Assembly: GCA_963718895.1 (NCBI GenBank)
Contig: CAVRAG010000008.1
Coordinates: 1,312,001-1,376,000, forward strand
Direction: 5' to 3'
Source: an uncultured Nitrososphaerota archaeon
GTDB lineage: Archaea > Thermoproteota > Nitrososphaeria > Nitrososphaerales > Gagatemarchaeaceae
DNA: 64,000 nucleotides
Shown: positions 1 through 8,424 of the stretch, one piece after another
Numbering within the stretch: the first letter of the stretch is position 1
Layout: every line of letters begins with the position of its first letter
Translations under genes and position numbers: made by a program
Notes under the pieces: model-generated
What the model was told of the DNA's origin: nothing
What the model saw: only the letters and a program-made list of their open reading frames with translations
Database searches by the model: none

Positions 1-75
1 ACTGGCGACGGCCACAACTATCACAATAATAGCAGCAATGAGAATCGGCGCTATTGCATTCCTCTGTTTGCGCAT
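1..75 (-). CDS. 5' end of a secreted/surface protein with class III (pilin-like) signal peptide; runs off the window
   Basis: ATG at 75 gives MRKQRNA|IAPILIAAIIVIVVAVAS: basic residues, then Ala, then a hydrophobic helix; AT-rich promoter at ~100-112. Confidence 0.65.
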   Translation of the reverse strand, partial: MRKQRNAIAPILIAAIIVIVVAVAS

Positions 76-333
76 CTGGAGGTAGGTATCATAACGTATG
101 TATTTAAAAATAATGGAGGAAAGTTAGGAATGTCCGCGGAAGCTGAGCGAATCTTTCGGTATCTTTCGTCTCCATTAGGACCCATTGGCGGGGATTCACG
201 TCTGCAACGGTGGAGGAGGACGATTCAGCTTTGGTTTCGCTGCCTCGCCTCGCATCTAGTGTATGGGTCTGCCGCCCGTCGCGTCCACCTCACGAGGCAA
301 GTCCAGATTCAGACCTCTCTTGCCGGCGTGGAC

Positions 334-1977
334 TTAGTCCATGCCGGGCATTCCGCCCTGGGGCATGGAAGGTCCCTTCTTTCGGCTCGGAATGACGTCG
401 TCGATCCTTAGCAGCATGCAGGCGCACTCGGTCGCAGAGCTGATGATCTGCTGCTTGACACTCACGGGCTCTATGACCTCCTTCGCGAACATGTCGCGGA
501 CACCGGTTCCGAGAACATCCACTCCAGACCATTTCTCTTCGTGGCCGTGTCTCTCCCTCAGTGCGACCTGGATGTCGAGCTGGTCGAACCCGGCGTTCGA
601 CGCCAGCGCCAGGGGGATGGCCTCCAGAGCCTCGGCGTATCTCTCGGCCGCAAGCTGCTCCCTGCCTTCCAGCGACCTGGACCATTTCATCAGCCGATAG
701 GACAGCTCTGCCTCAACCGCGCCGCCGCCCCCGACTATCCCGGGGTTCTCAAGGACGTCCTTTGTCACCATGATGGCGTCGTGCAGGGACCTCTCTACCT
801 CGTCGACGACCCGCTGTGTCCCTCCTCTGACGAGGATCGTGACAGCCTTAGGATTCTTGCAGCGCTCGACGTAGGTCCACTTGTCGTCCTCGATCTTGCG
901 CTCCTCCACGAGACCCGCCAGCCCGAGGTCCTTCTTGGTGATGTCGTCGAGTCCGGAGACGATCCTGGCTCCGGTTGCTTTCGTGAGCCTGGTCATGTCG
1001 CTCTCTTTGACCCTCTTCAGAGTCAGTACGCCGGCCCTAGAGAGGTAGTACTGTGCCATGTCGTCGACTCCCTTCTGGCAGATGAGGACGTTGGCTCCCA
1101 CTTCTGAGATCTTCTCCGCCATCCGCTTCAGCATCTCCGTCTCTCCGTCGAGGAACTCCCGAATCTGGGCGGGATTGGTGATGTTGAGCTTTGAGTCGAA
1201 CTCCGTCTTCTCGATCTCAAGGGCGGAGCTTACAAGCGCGATTCGCGCTCCTTCGATTCTCTTCGGCATCCCGGAGTGGCTGACCTCCTTCTCGAGAGCT
1301 ATCCCCATCACGAGGCGCGTGTCTGTGATGGAACCGCCGACCTTCTTCTCGAGCTTCAGGTTCTCCAGGTCGACCCTGAAGTTCCCGTCGCCCGCGTCCT
1401 CAGCGACGTGGAGGAGCCCATCGACTACGACCTTCCCAAGCACCAGGCTGTCGTTCGAGATCAGCTTGGAGGCCATGCTCGTCCTGGCGATTCGGATGAG
1501 GGTGGTTCTGTCAGTCGGCGTAACGCTGACCGCTATCTTGTCCAAGATTACCTGAGCCTGGTGGGCCGCCTTGCGGTAGCCATTGACAATCACCATTGGG
1601 TGGACGCCCATCTCGATGAGCTCCTCCGCCTTGGCGAGAAGCGCGCCCGCGAAGACAACCGACGACGTCGTCCCGTCGCCGACTTCATCATCCACCGTCT
1701 TTGCTACCTCGATAATCATCTTTGCGGCAGGATGCTGGACATCCATGTCCTTGAGCATGGTCGCGCCGTCGTTGGTTATCGTGACGTCTCCGATCCCATC
1801 GACGAGCATCTTGTCCATCCCCCGCGGACCGAGCGACGTTCTGACGATCTCAGCGATCAACTTGGCCGCAGAGATGTTGTTACTCTGGGCTCTCCTCGCC
1901 CGGTTGCTCGCGCCCCCCTGTCTCACAACGAGGACCTGCTCTCCGCGCGAGCTTGTTACGTATGACGCCTCAGACAC
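334..1977 (-). CDS. ths: Thermosome (group II chaperonin) subunit, paralog 1
   Basis: SLGPRGMDKML, ITNDGATML, GDGTTS, ERSLHDA motifs; 547 aa. Confidence 0.97.
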   Translation of the reverse strand: MSEASYVTSSRGEQVLVVRQGGASNRARRAQSNNISAAKLIAEIVRTSLGPRGMDKMLVDGIGDVTITNDGATMLKDMDVQHPAAKMIIEVAKTVDDEVGDGTTSSVVFAGALLAKAEELIEMGVHPMVIVNGYRKAAHQAQVILDKIAVSVTPTDRTTLIRIARTSMASKLISNDSLVLGKVVVDGLLHVAEDAGDGNFRVDLENLKLEKKVGGSITDTRLVMGIALEKEVSHSGMPKRIEGARIALVSSALEIEKTEFDSKLNITNPAQIREFLDGETEMLKRMAEKISEVGANVLICQKGVDDMAQYYLSRAGVLTLKRVKESDMTRLTKATGARIVSGLDDITKKDLGLAGLVEERKIEDDKWTYVERCKNPKAVTILVRGGTQRVVDEVERSLHDAIMVTKDVLENPGIVGGGGAVEAELSYRLMKWSRSLEGREQLAAERYAEALEAIPLALASNAGFDQLDIQVALRERHGHEEKWSGVDVLGTGVRDMFAKEVIEPVSVKQQIISSATECACMLLRIDDVIPSRKKGPSMPQGGMPGMD

Positions 1978-2056
1978 TCAATTCACCGAAGGCCTGCTGC
2001 AGAGCGCGAGTACCGAGGGTTGAGCTTGGAGGTGCGAAGCGACTGGCTGTCTGTTC

Positions 2057-2081
2057 TGAAGTTCATTTAGTATGAAATTCA
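2057..2081. promoter_or_regulatory. Imperfect palindrome, candidate operator between divergent thermosome and ACT-domain genes
   Basis: TGAAGTTCAT-TTAGT-ATGAAATTCA, 9/10 inverted match, in an AT-rich intergenic region. Confidence 0.4.
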
Positions 2082-2180
2082 AACGTTTTCCCAATTTTGT
2101 AATATCTATTACTGGCTATATACGTCTATCTGTCCATAACAGTTAAGTATTACAGACACTCCACTTTTGAAGGGCAGAAG

Positions 2181-2969
2181 ATGACGCGAAACTATCAGTC
2201 CATACCGACTGTGGTGGAATCCATAATCACACGGGACCTAGCGCTTTACGAATGCTTCAGGCGCAAGCTTGTGAACTACCACGCGGTTGCTGGGAGCATC
2301 AAGCCCGAGGTTGAGAAACTTGCCGGAAAGACTACGACCATAAACACCATCGTAGTCGCCATCACCAGGTTCTCTGAGACGGTTGAAAGGACGGCCGGTG
2401 AAAAACCGATCCATGCTCTCGGAAGCGCGCGGATATCCCTGGCGAGCGACGTCGTTGACGTGACCATCATGGCCAGAAAGACCGAGCAGTACGAGATTGC
2501 AAAGCGAATAGGCGAGCTCTCCCCCAGTCTCAGCGAGCCCGTCAGGATGTTTCAACTCTCGAATTCAATCAAGCTGATTGCTGACGAGAGGGAGTACGAT
2601 TCTCTGATCAGAGCGTCGCTCGAGAAGTTCGAGATCACCAAGGAGACGACGGCACTGTCGAGGCTAGACATCCGCCTACCGCCTGCGGCCGAAGTCTCTC
2701 CCGAGTTCGGGTTGTTCCTCACCGAGCTCCTCTACAGGAATGGGATCAAGATTCGACAGACGTACATCGGAGAGGAGACCGTCCTGATCATGAGCAGGGC
2801 CGATGGTCCCCGTGCCTATGAGGTCCTGCAGGCGGAGATCGACGAGAGTAGAGCTGCATCAGAGCAAACTAGGAGCCAGTCAGGGAAGAAGAGTGGGGTC
2901 GGGATCGCCGAGCTATTGACCGACGAGCTCAAGGGAACCTTCAACACGCAATCAATAGGCAGGGACTAG
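2181..2969 (+). CDS. ACT-domain-containing protein with N-terminal helical domain (possible regulator)
   Basis: KLVNYHAVA...TIVVAITRF N-terminus and LTELLYRNGIKI...EETVLIM ACT-like C-terminus, typical of an archaeal ACT family. Confidence 0.65.
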   Translation: MTRNYQSIPTVVESIITRDLALYECFRRKLVNYHAVAGSIKPEVEKLAGKTTTINTIVVAITRFSETVERTAGEKPIHALGSARISLASDVVDVTIMARKTEQYEIAKRIGELSPSLSEPVRMFQLSNSIKLIADEREYDSLIRASLEKFEITKETTALSRLDIRLPPAAEVSPEFGLFLTELLYRNGIKIRQTYIGEETVLIMSRADGPRAYEVLQAEIDESRAASEQTRSQSGKKSGVGIAELLTDELKGTFNTQSIGRD

Positions 2970-2972
2970 TCC

Positions 2973-3614
2973 TCACTCATTTCCTTCCATCTGAGGAGGG
3001 GGAGCTCTCGATGACACGATGCTCAGGTCCTGGATCCTCTTCTGTAGCGAACGCTTGATGCTGTCTCTCCATTCCCCGTCCGTGATCGAGTACATCATGC
3101 TGTCGCCCGTAGTGCCGTCCTGGCGGATTCGGTGGTTTCTCAGCCGTCCCTCGAACTTGGCGCCGAGCTTGAGGATCGCGTTCTGGGAATGAACGTTGTT
3201 GTTGTCGGTCTTCAGCTGCACCCGCACGGCGTTCCAATCCTCGAAGGCGTGTCTCAGGAGGAGGAACTTGGATTCTGGGTTGACAACCGTCCCCCACACC
3301 CTCGAGGTGTACCACGTCCCGCCTATCTCGACGCCCCTCTGAAGAGGGCGGACGTCCATGTACTTCGTGCTTCCGAGGACCTTGTGGTCCTCCTTTCTGA
3401 AGACCGTGAACGGGTATTCGGTCCCGCGTTCCTCGGCCTTCAGAGTCGCCGCAATCCACTCTGCCATTGTCTCCTTCGTCCTTGCGTCCAGCGACATCCA
3501 CGACCAGTCGGAGTCCTGCGCTGCCGAGAGAAGTTCGCTCGCATGCGAAGGGCGCAGGGGTTCGAGGCGGACGTGGTCTCCTTCAAGGACACATGGCCCG
3601 AGCGCGGGTGACAA
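2973..3614 (-). CDS. GNAT acetyltransferase, RimJ/RimL-like
   Basis: VRLEPL, VEIGGTWY, VQLKTDNNNVHSQNAILKLGAKFEG. Confidence 0.9.
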   Translation of the reverse strand: MSPALGPCVLEGDHVRLEPLRPSHASELLSAAQDSDWSWMSLDARTKETMAEWIAATLKAEERGTEYPFTVFRKEDHKVLGSTKYMDVRPLQRGVEIGGTWYTSRVWGTVVNPESKFLLLRHAFEDWNAVRVQLKTDNNNVHSQNAILKLGAKFEGRLRNHRIRQDGTTGDSMMYSITDGEWRDSIKRSLQKRIQDLSIVSSRAPPPQMEGNE

Positions 3615-3685
3615 TCGGATGCCCTGGTCGACCCTGGCTCAGATAAAGATGTGGACCCGGCGGACCCTGTGCGTAGGGTTCGACA

Positions 3686-4069
3686 CTACGTCTCTATCAG
3701 TTCAAGCCAGATCCCGTTCGGGTCCTTGATGAACGCGATCCGGCTGGACCCCAGGGAGTAGGGCTCCTTGGCGATCTCGACGGCCTCCCTGCGCATGGTC
3801 TCAATGGCAGCCTGGACGTCCTTCACTCCGAAGGCGATGTGGTCGAGCTGGTCTCCCTCGGCGTAGTCCTTCTTGTCCTTCCACCAGGTCAGCTCTATCC
3901 TGTGGTTCGTGCCCTCGGCCTCTAGGAAGGCGATCTCGGCGTTGTTCTGCTTGATCTCCCTGCGGCTGGCGAGGGTCATACCAAGCTTCTTGGTGTAGAA
4001 CGATATGCTTTCGTCCATGTCCTTGACAGTTATCGACGTGTGGAGCAGCTGCATGCGATACAGGTCCAT
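3686..4069 (-). CDS. VOC/glyoxalase I family protein
   Basis: LLHTSITVKD...IELT...HIAFGV...FIKDPNGIWLEL; start may be the second Met. Confidence 0.9.
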   Translation of the reverse strand: MDLYRMQLLHTSITVKDMDESISFYTKKLGMTLASRREIKQNNAEIAFLEAEGTNHRIELTWWKDKKDYAEGDQLDHIAFGVKDVQAAIETMRREAVEIAKEPYSLGSSRIAFIKDPNGIWLELIET

Positions 4070-4156
4070 CGTCGACGTATAAAATCAATGCACGCTGTCT
4101 TTGAGGTCGCGAATCGGATGTCCTGGCTAAATAACTGCAGATGACTGGAGGCGCGC

Positions 4157-5335
4157 ATGGGAAGCCGATATGCAGCCCTCCTCGCGGTCTCCCTTCCGTC
4201 CTTTGTCTACGGGCTGTTCAGGTTCTCGATCGGCATCCTCGTCCCCAAGATCGAGGGCGCCTACGGCATCAACGACTCGGTGATGGGCGCAATCGTGTCG
4301 GTCTCGGTCGGGGTGGTGGGGATTGGCGTCTTCGCGTCGGGCAACATCGCGGGAAGGTACGGCAACAGGACGACCATCGTCCTCGGATTGCTCCTCTTCT
4401 CGCTCTCCCTGGGGATCATGGCTGCAGGGGTCAGCCTGACCGCGTTTTCCGCACTCTTTCTCCTGGCCTCGTTCGGCTCGGGCCTGATCATCCCCACGAG
4501 CTTCGCAGTCGTGGCCTCGATACTCCCGCAGAGGAGAGGGATAGGCGCGGCCCTCGTCACCTCAGCGTACAACGTGGGGGGGCTCGTGGGACCGGCCATC
4601 GTCGGCTATCTTCTCTTGTACTACGTCTGGAACCTCTCATTTCTGATAATCCCCGCGGCCGGCTTCGCCGCAGTCGTGATGTTCCTCGCTGCCATACCGG
4701 GCACGGCCGGCAACACTCCCCCTGGACCGAAGGGTCAGTTCAGGCGTCTTCTGGGCAACAGGTCCGTTCTGCTCCTGGCGACCGGGGGGTTCCTCGGTGA
4801 CGCCGCCTTCGTGACCTACCTGTCATGGACGCCGAAGTTCCTGCTTACGTCCTTCGAGGTCTCCGGCAGCACCACGGCGCTGGTCGACCTCCTCTTCGGC
4901 GTCGGCATCGGGCTGGGCGGACTCGGGATATTCGTCTCGGGATTCCTCTACGATAGGATAGGGGGGAGGACGAGCGCCATCATTGGCGGAGTCGCGGCCA
5001 CCGGGGCGACGCTGGGAGTGTATCTCTCAAGCTCCCTGCTGATGGCCATGGCGCTCGTCATAACAGGGAGCTTCTTCTTCAACTGGTTCTGGTCTCTGCT
5101 GACCCTCATGTCCCAGACCAGCGTTCCCAAAGAGAGCCGGTCGGCTTCGACCAGCCTCGTCCAGACCTCGGCATTCCTGGGGGCGTTCGTGGGACCGGGA
5201 CTCGTCGGGATCCTGGGAGGAGCCGAGACAGTTCCCCTGTTGATCGCCGTCGTCGTCCCCAATGCCCTCTACACCGTGGTCATGGTCTTCTTCTACAAGG
5301 AGAAGACCTCCGGCACCTCCGTCGACTCCGGCTAG
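4157..5335 (+). CDS. MFS transporter
   Basis: ~12 hydrophobic segments; GNIAGRYGNR and GFLYDRIGGR MFS motif A. Confidence 0.9.
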   Translation: MGSRYAALLAVSLPSFVYGLFRFSIGILVPKIEGAYGINDSVMGAIVSVSVGVVGIGVFASGNIAGRYGNRTTIVLGLLLFSLSLGIMAAGVSLTAFSALFLLASFGSGLIIPTSFAVVASILPQRRGIGAALVTSAYNVGGLVGPAIVGYLLLYYVWNLSFLIIPAAGFAAVVMFLAAIPGTAGNTPPGPKGQFRRLLGNRSVLLLATGGFLGDAAFVTYLSWTPKFLLTSFEVSGSTTALVDLLFGVGIGLGGLGIFVSGFLYDRIGGRTSAIIGGVAATGATLGVYLSSSLLMAMALVITGSFFFNWFWSLLTLMSQTSVPKESRSASTSLVQTSAFLGAFVGPGLVGILGGAETVPLLIAVVVPNALYTVVMVFFYKEKTSGTSVDSG

Positions 5336-5337
5336 AA

Positions 5338-6270
5338 TCATTCGGGGAAGATGTCGTTGGAGATGAGGGTCCCGACGACCCAGTTGGGTCGATCAACTAT
5401 CTCGTGGATCCTGACGTCGGCTGCGACGCTGCAGAGCACGTACGCCTCGTCAGGGGTAAGGTAGTGGGTCCTCGTCAGGTAGCGAATCATGTTCCGGACT
5501 GACTCTTTCGTCGCATCCATCAAGCGGGGTCCGATGCCGGTGGCCGCGCAGTAGCCCCTCTTGGACCTCCAATCTCCCGGAGTAAAGAATTCCGGATAGG
5601 TCAGCCCGGCCCTCTTCTCTATCCCGAACCGGATTGTGGCGGTTCCGGCGCATTCGATGGCAGTGCCACAGACCTCAGCATCGCCCATGGCGGCGTGCAC
5701 GTCCCCGGTCGAGAAGAGCGCGCCGTCCACCCACACGGGAATCTTGACCCAGGTTCCTGCCGTAAGATGCCTGATGTCCATGTTGCCGCCGTGCCTTCCA
5801 GGAGGGCCGACCTCGGAGAAGCCCTTCGCCCGCGGGGCCACCCCCAGGACCCCGCAGAACGGCTTGAGAGGTATCCTGATCCCCTTCTCGAAGGCGGCCA
5901 GTTTCTTGTTCTTCAGGTCCCACTTGTAGAGAAACGGCCTCTTGAACTCGTCGAGCAGACCAAACCCAGGCTGGATGTACGACCAGCCGAAGTCTGCCAC
6001 TTTGACATCGAGCACTTCGACCATCAGGGCGTCGCCGGGCTCCGCCTCTTCGATGAAGACCGGGCCAGCCAGAGGGTACAGCTTCTCCGGGTCGACGCGA
6101 AGCACGTCCTCTGAAGTCGAGTCCTTGTTCAGCTGCCAGCTCCCCACGTCGTTTATCTCGAAGGTTACGGTATCGCCCGCCTTCACCGAGAGCACAGGCT
6201 TGTGAGACCGCGACCACTTGTAGTGGAAGGTCTCCAGCGGCACGCGGTAGTGACGGGGCAGCCCTGTCAC
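5338..6270 (-). CDS. Acetamidase/formamidase family protein
   Basis: PLAGPVFIEEAEPGD, HGGNMD, GDVHAAMGDAEVCGTAIE; start inferred at GTG 6270 (or ATG 6279). Confidence 0.9.
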   Translation of the reverse strand: MTGLPRHYRVPLETFHYKWSRSHKPVLSVKAGDTVTFEINDVGSWQLNKDSTSEDVLRVDPEKLYPLAGPVFIEEAEPGDALMVEVLDVKVADFGWSYIQPGFGLLDEFKRPFLYKWDLKNKKLAAFEKGIRIPLKPFCGVLGVAPRAKGFSEVGPPGRHGGNMDIRHLTAGTWVKIPVWVDGALFSTGDVHAAMGDAEVCGTAIECAGTATIRFGIEKRAGLTYPEFFTPGDWRSKRGYCAATGIGPRLMDATKESVRNMIRYLTRTHYLTPDEAYVLCSVAADVRIHEIVDRPNWVVGTLISNDIFPE

Positions 6271-6419
6271 CTCACCCATCGGCTTGGAGTCGGCATGTAG
6301 GCGTCCCACGCTCCCGCATCTCTCTTCTCCCACTCGCCCTTCCGGCGAATGGCCATCGCGCAGCAAGCAGGGCCGCGAGTCTGCGGCGCATTCCTGGTCT
6401 CTGCCGAGTTCTCCCTCAA
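6267..6419 (-). CDS. Putative 50-aa small protein coupled to the acetamidase gene
   Basis: TTG...TGA encodes MRENSAETRNAPQTRGPACCAMAIRRKGEWEKRDAGAWDAYMPTPSRWVR; stop overlaps the downstream GTG (GTGA). Confidence 0.4.
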   Translation of the reverse strand: MRENSAETRNAPQTRGPACCAMAIRRKGEWEKRDAGAWDAYMPTPSRWVR

Positions 6420-6505
6420 GACTCACCTGTGGCGACCGCGAAACTCTTTAAGCTTTGGCGGAAAGAAATTCTTAAGTGAGGTCGGCTTGGAGCTTGCACT
6501 GCGGT

Positions 6506-6644
6506 GCCAGGGTAGCTCAGAAGCGCCAATCTCGCTGGGAAACCTGGGAGAGAGAACAGCCTCTAACACTCGGCTGAAGACCGAGAGCAATTATCGCGTG
6601 ATGATTGCCGGGAGCTGTCGTCGGTTCAAATCCGGCCCCTGGCA
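6506..6644 (+). tRNA. tRNA-Phe(GAA) with three introns (6521-6542, 6553-6566, 6586-6614)
   Basis: Spliced product GCCAGGG-TA-GCTC-AGCCTGGGA-GAGC-A-CTCGG-CTGAAGA-CCGAG-CTGTC-GTCGG-TTCAAAT-CCGGC-CCCTGGC-A folds as a cloverleaf; each intron has BHB-like geometry. Confidence 0.9.
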
Positions 6645-6715
6645 TCCCCCGCCTCTCCTTGTCGCGCCGAATGTGGGGGATCTCGGTCGGAGGTCCCCCA
6701 GGATTGTGAAACCAA

Positions 6716-7879
6716 TCAGTACAACCGCAGGCTAGGGTCGACCTCGAGCGTCCAGGCCCTGATTCCGCCTTCCAGATTCCGGACCTTCTTGAACCCGAGT
6801 CCGCCGAGCAGCTTCACCGCCTGCGCGCTTCGTCCCCCCGTGTGGCAGTAGACGACTATGTCGTCGGACGGGTCAAGTTCATTGACGCGTTGCCTCAGCT
6901 GTTCAAGCGGGATCAGCTTCGAACCTTCAATGTGGCAGATCTGGTATTCGAACGGGCCCCTTACGTCGAGAAGTACGACCCTCCCGTTCCCCTCCAGGAC
7001 CTGCTTGAGTGCGCGGGGCTGGATTTCACGCTCGGGGTCTTGCTCCTCCTTTATCCCGCAGAACACCTCGTAGTCGATGAGGCCCTTCACGGTGGGATTC
7101 TCACCGCAGATAGAGCAGCGTGGGTTCTTCCTGAGCTTGACCTCCTTGAACCTCATGTCCAGGGCGTTGAAGAGCAGTAGCCTGCCGATCAGCGGTGTGC
7201 CCTTGCCCAGTATCATGTCTATCGCCTCGGCCGCCTGGATGCTTCCCACTATTCCTGGCAGGACGCCCAGGACCCCCGCCTCGGCGCAGTTGGGGATCAG
7301 ACCAGGGGGAGGAGGCTCTGGGTAGAGGCACCTGTAGCAGGGGCCCTCCTTGGCGTAGAAGACCGAGACCTGTCCCTCGAACCTGAAGAGGCTCGCGTAG
7401 ACGTTGGGTTTTCCCAAGAAGACGCAGGCGTCGTTGACCAGGTAGCGGGTGGGGAAGTTGTCGGTCCCGTCGATGATGACGTCGTAGTCTTTCAGGATGC
7501 TCAGGGCGTTGGAAGAGTCGAGGCGGACCTTGTGCAACTCTACGGTGACGTTCGGATTGATCTCGAGCAGCCTCTCCTTGGTGACCTCGGCCTTGCTCCT
7601 CCCGATGTCCTTCTCGGAGAACAACACCTGCCTGTGGAGGTTGCTCTTCTCTATGACGTCGAAGTCGACTATCCCTATCTTGCCTACCCCCGCGGCTGCA
7701 AGGTAAATTCCCGAGGGTGCTCCGAGGCCTCCCGCACCCACTATCAGGACGCTTGAGGCTTTGAGCGACCTCTGGCCCTCAAGACCGACCTCGGGCATTA
7801 TGAGGTGCCTGTTGTACCTGTCCAGTTCGCTGTCGGAGAAGCCGATGTGTGGCTTGGGGTCAACGGACACGGAAATCAC
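6716..7879 (-). CDS. moeB: MoeB/MoeZ-type E1-like adenylyltransferase with C-terminal rhodanese domain
   Basis: GAGGLG, SNLHRQ, CYRC, CAEAGVLG, rhodanese YCHTGGRS; GTG start at 7879 overlaps upstream stop. Confidence 0.92.
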   Translation of the reverse strand: MISVSVDPKPHIGFSDSELDRYNRHLIMPEVGLEGQRSLKASSVLIVGAGGLGAPSGIYLAAAGVGKIGIVDFDVIEKSNLHRQVLFSEKDIGRSKAEVTKERLLEINPNVTVELHKVRLDSSNALSILKDYDVIIDGTDNFPTRYLVNDACVFLGKPNVYASLFRFEGQVSVFYAKEGPCYRCLYPEPPPPGLIPNCAEAGVLGVLPGIVGSIQAAEAIDMILGKGTPLIGRLLLFNALDMRFKEVKLRKNPRCSICGENPTVKGLIDYEVFCGIKEEQDPEREIQPRALKQVLEGNGRVVLLDVRGPFEYQICHIEGSKLIPLEQLRQRVNELDPSDDIVVYCHTGGRSAQAVKLLGGLGFKKVRNLEGGIRAWTLEVDPSLRLY

Positions 7880-8292
7880 TTGTCGACCTCTATCTCGTCC
7901 TCGGAGGCAGTCCTGGGGTCTCCGCCCGGTATCCATGACTTCGTCTCTCCCGCCCTCCCCGCCGGGACCGAGACGACGATGTAAGCGTACGATGGAAGTG
8001 AGTGCTTCAGGTCGAACGCCGAGAGCGTGGCCGGGTGGTCCGGGTGAGAGTGATAGACGCCGGCGATGGTCAGACCCCTCTTCGCGACCAGCCCGTGGGC
8101 CTGGAGGAGTTCGAGGGGATCGATGTCATATCGGTCGTGCCTTGTTCCGGGGTATGCGTTTGCCATTCTTATCGACTCGATTACTCTCTTGTTCTCGTCC
8201 GCGATGAGCAGACCGCAGCACTCCTCCGGATACGTCGACTCGGCGTGGGCATGAATCTCATCGAGAACCTGCTTTGCGATGCGCGTGGTCAT
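7876..8292 (-). CDS. JAMM/MPN+ (M67) metallopeptidase, Mec-like
   Basis: YPEECCG and YHSHPDHPATLSAFD JAMM motif. Confidence 0.92.
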   Translation of the reverse strand: MTTRIAKQVLDEIHAHAESTYPEECCGLLIADENKRVIESIRMANAYPGTRHDRYDIDPLELLQAHGLVAKRGLTIAGVYHSHPDHPATLSAFDLKHSLPSYAYIVVSVPAGRAGETKSWIPGGDPRTASEDEIEVDK

Positions 8293-8424
8293 CCCCGTTC
8301 AAGCTGGTATCGGGACCGCCCCGAATCGAGAGTGTCATCCTCTTATCGTTGCCGCGGGGCGGCCGGTCCCCCATAAAGTTGGCGGAAGGTCGTCAGTGGA
8401 AGAATAGGCCAGGGATCGGGCGGC

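Noticed and set aside
6716-8292. E1 + JAMM as a CBASS/Bil-type antiviral conjugation system
   Set aside because: The E1 is a MoeZ-type rhodanese fusion; there is no E2, cyclase or effector, and composition is host-like.
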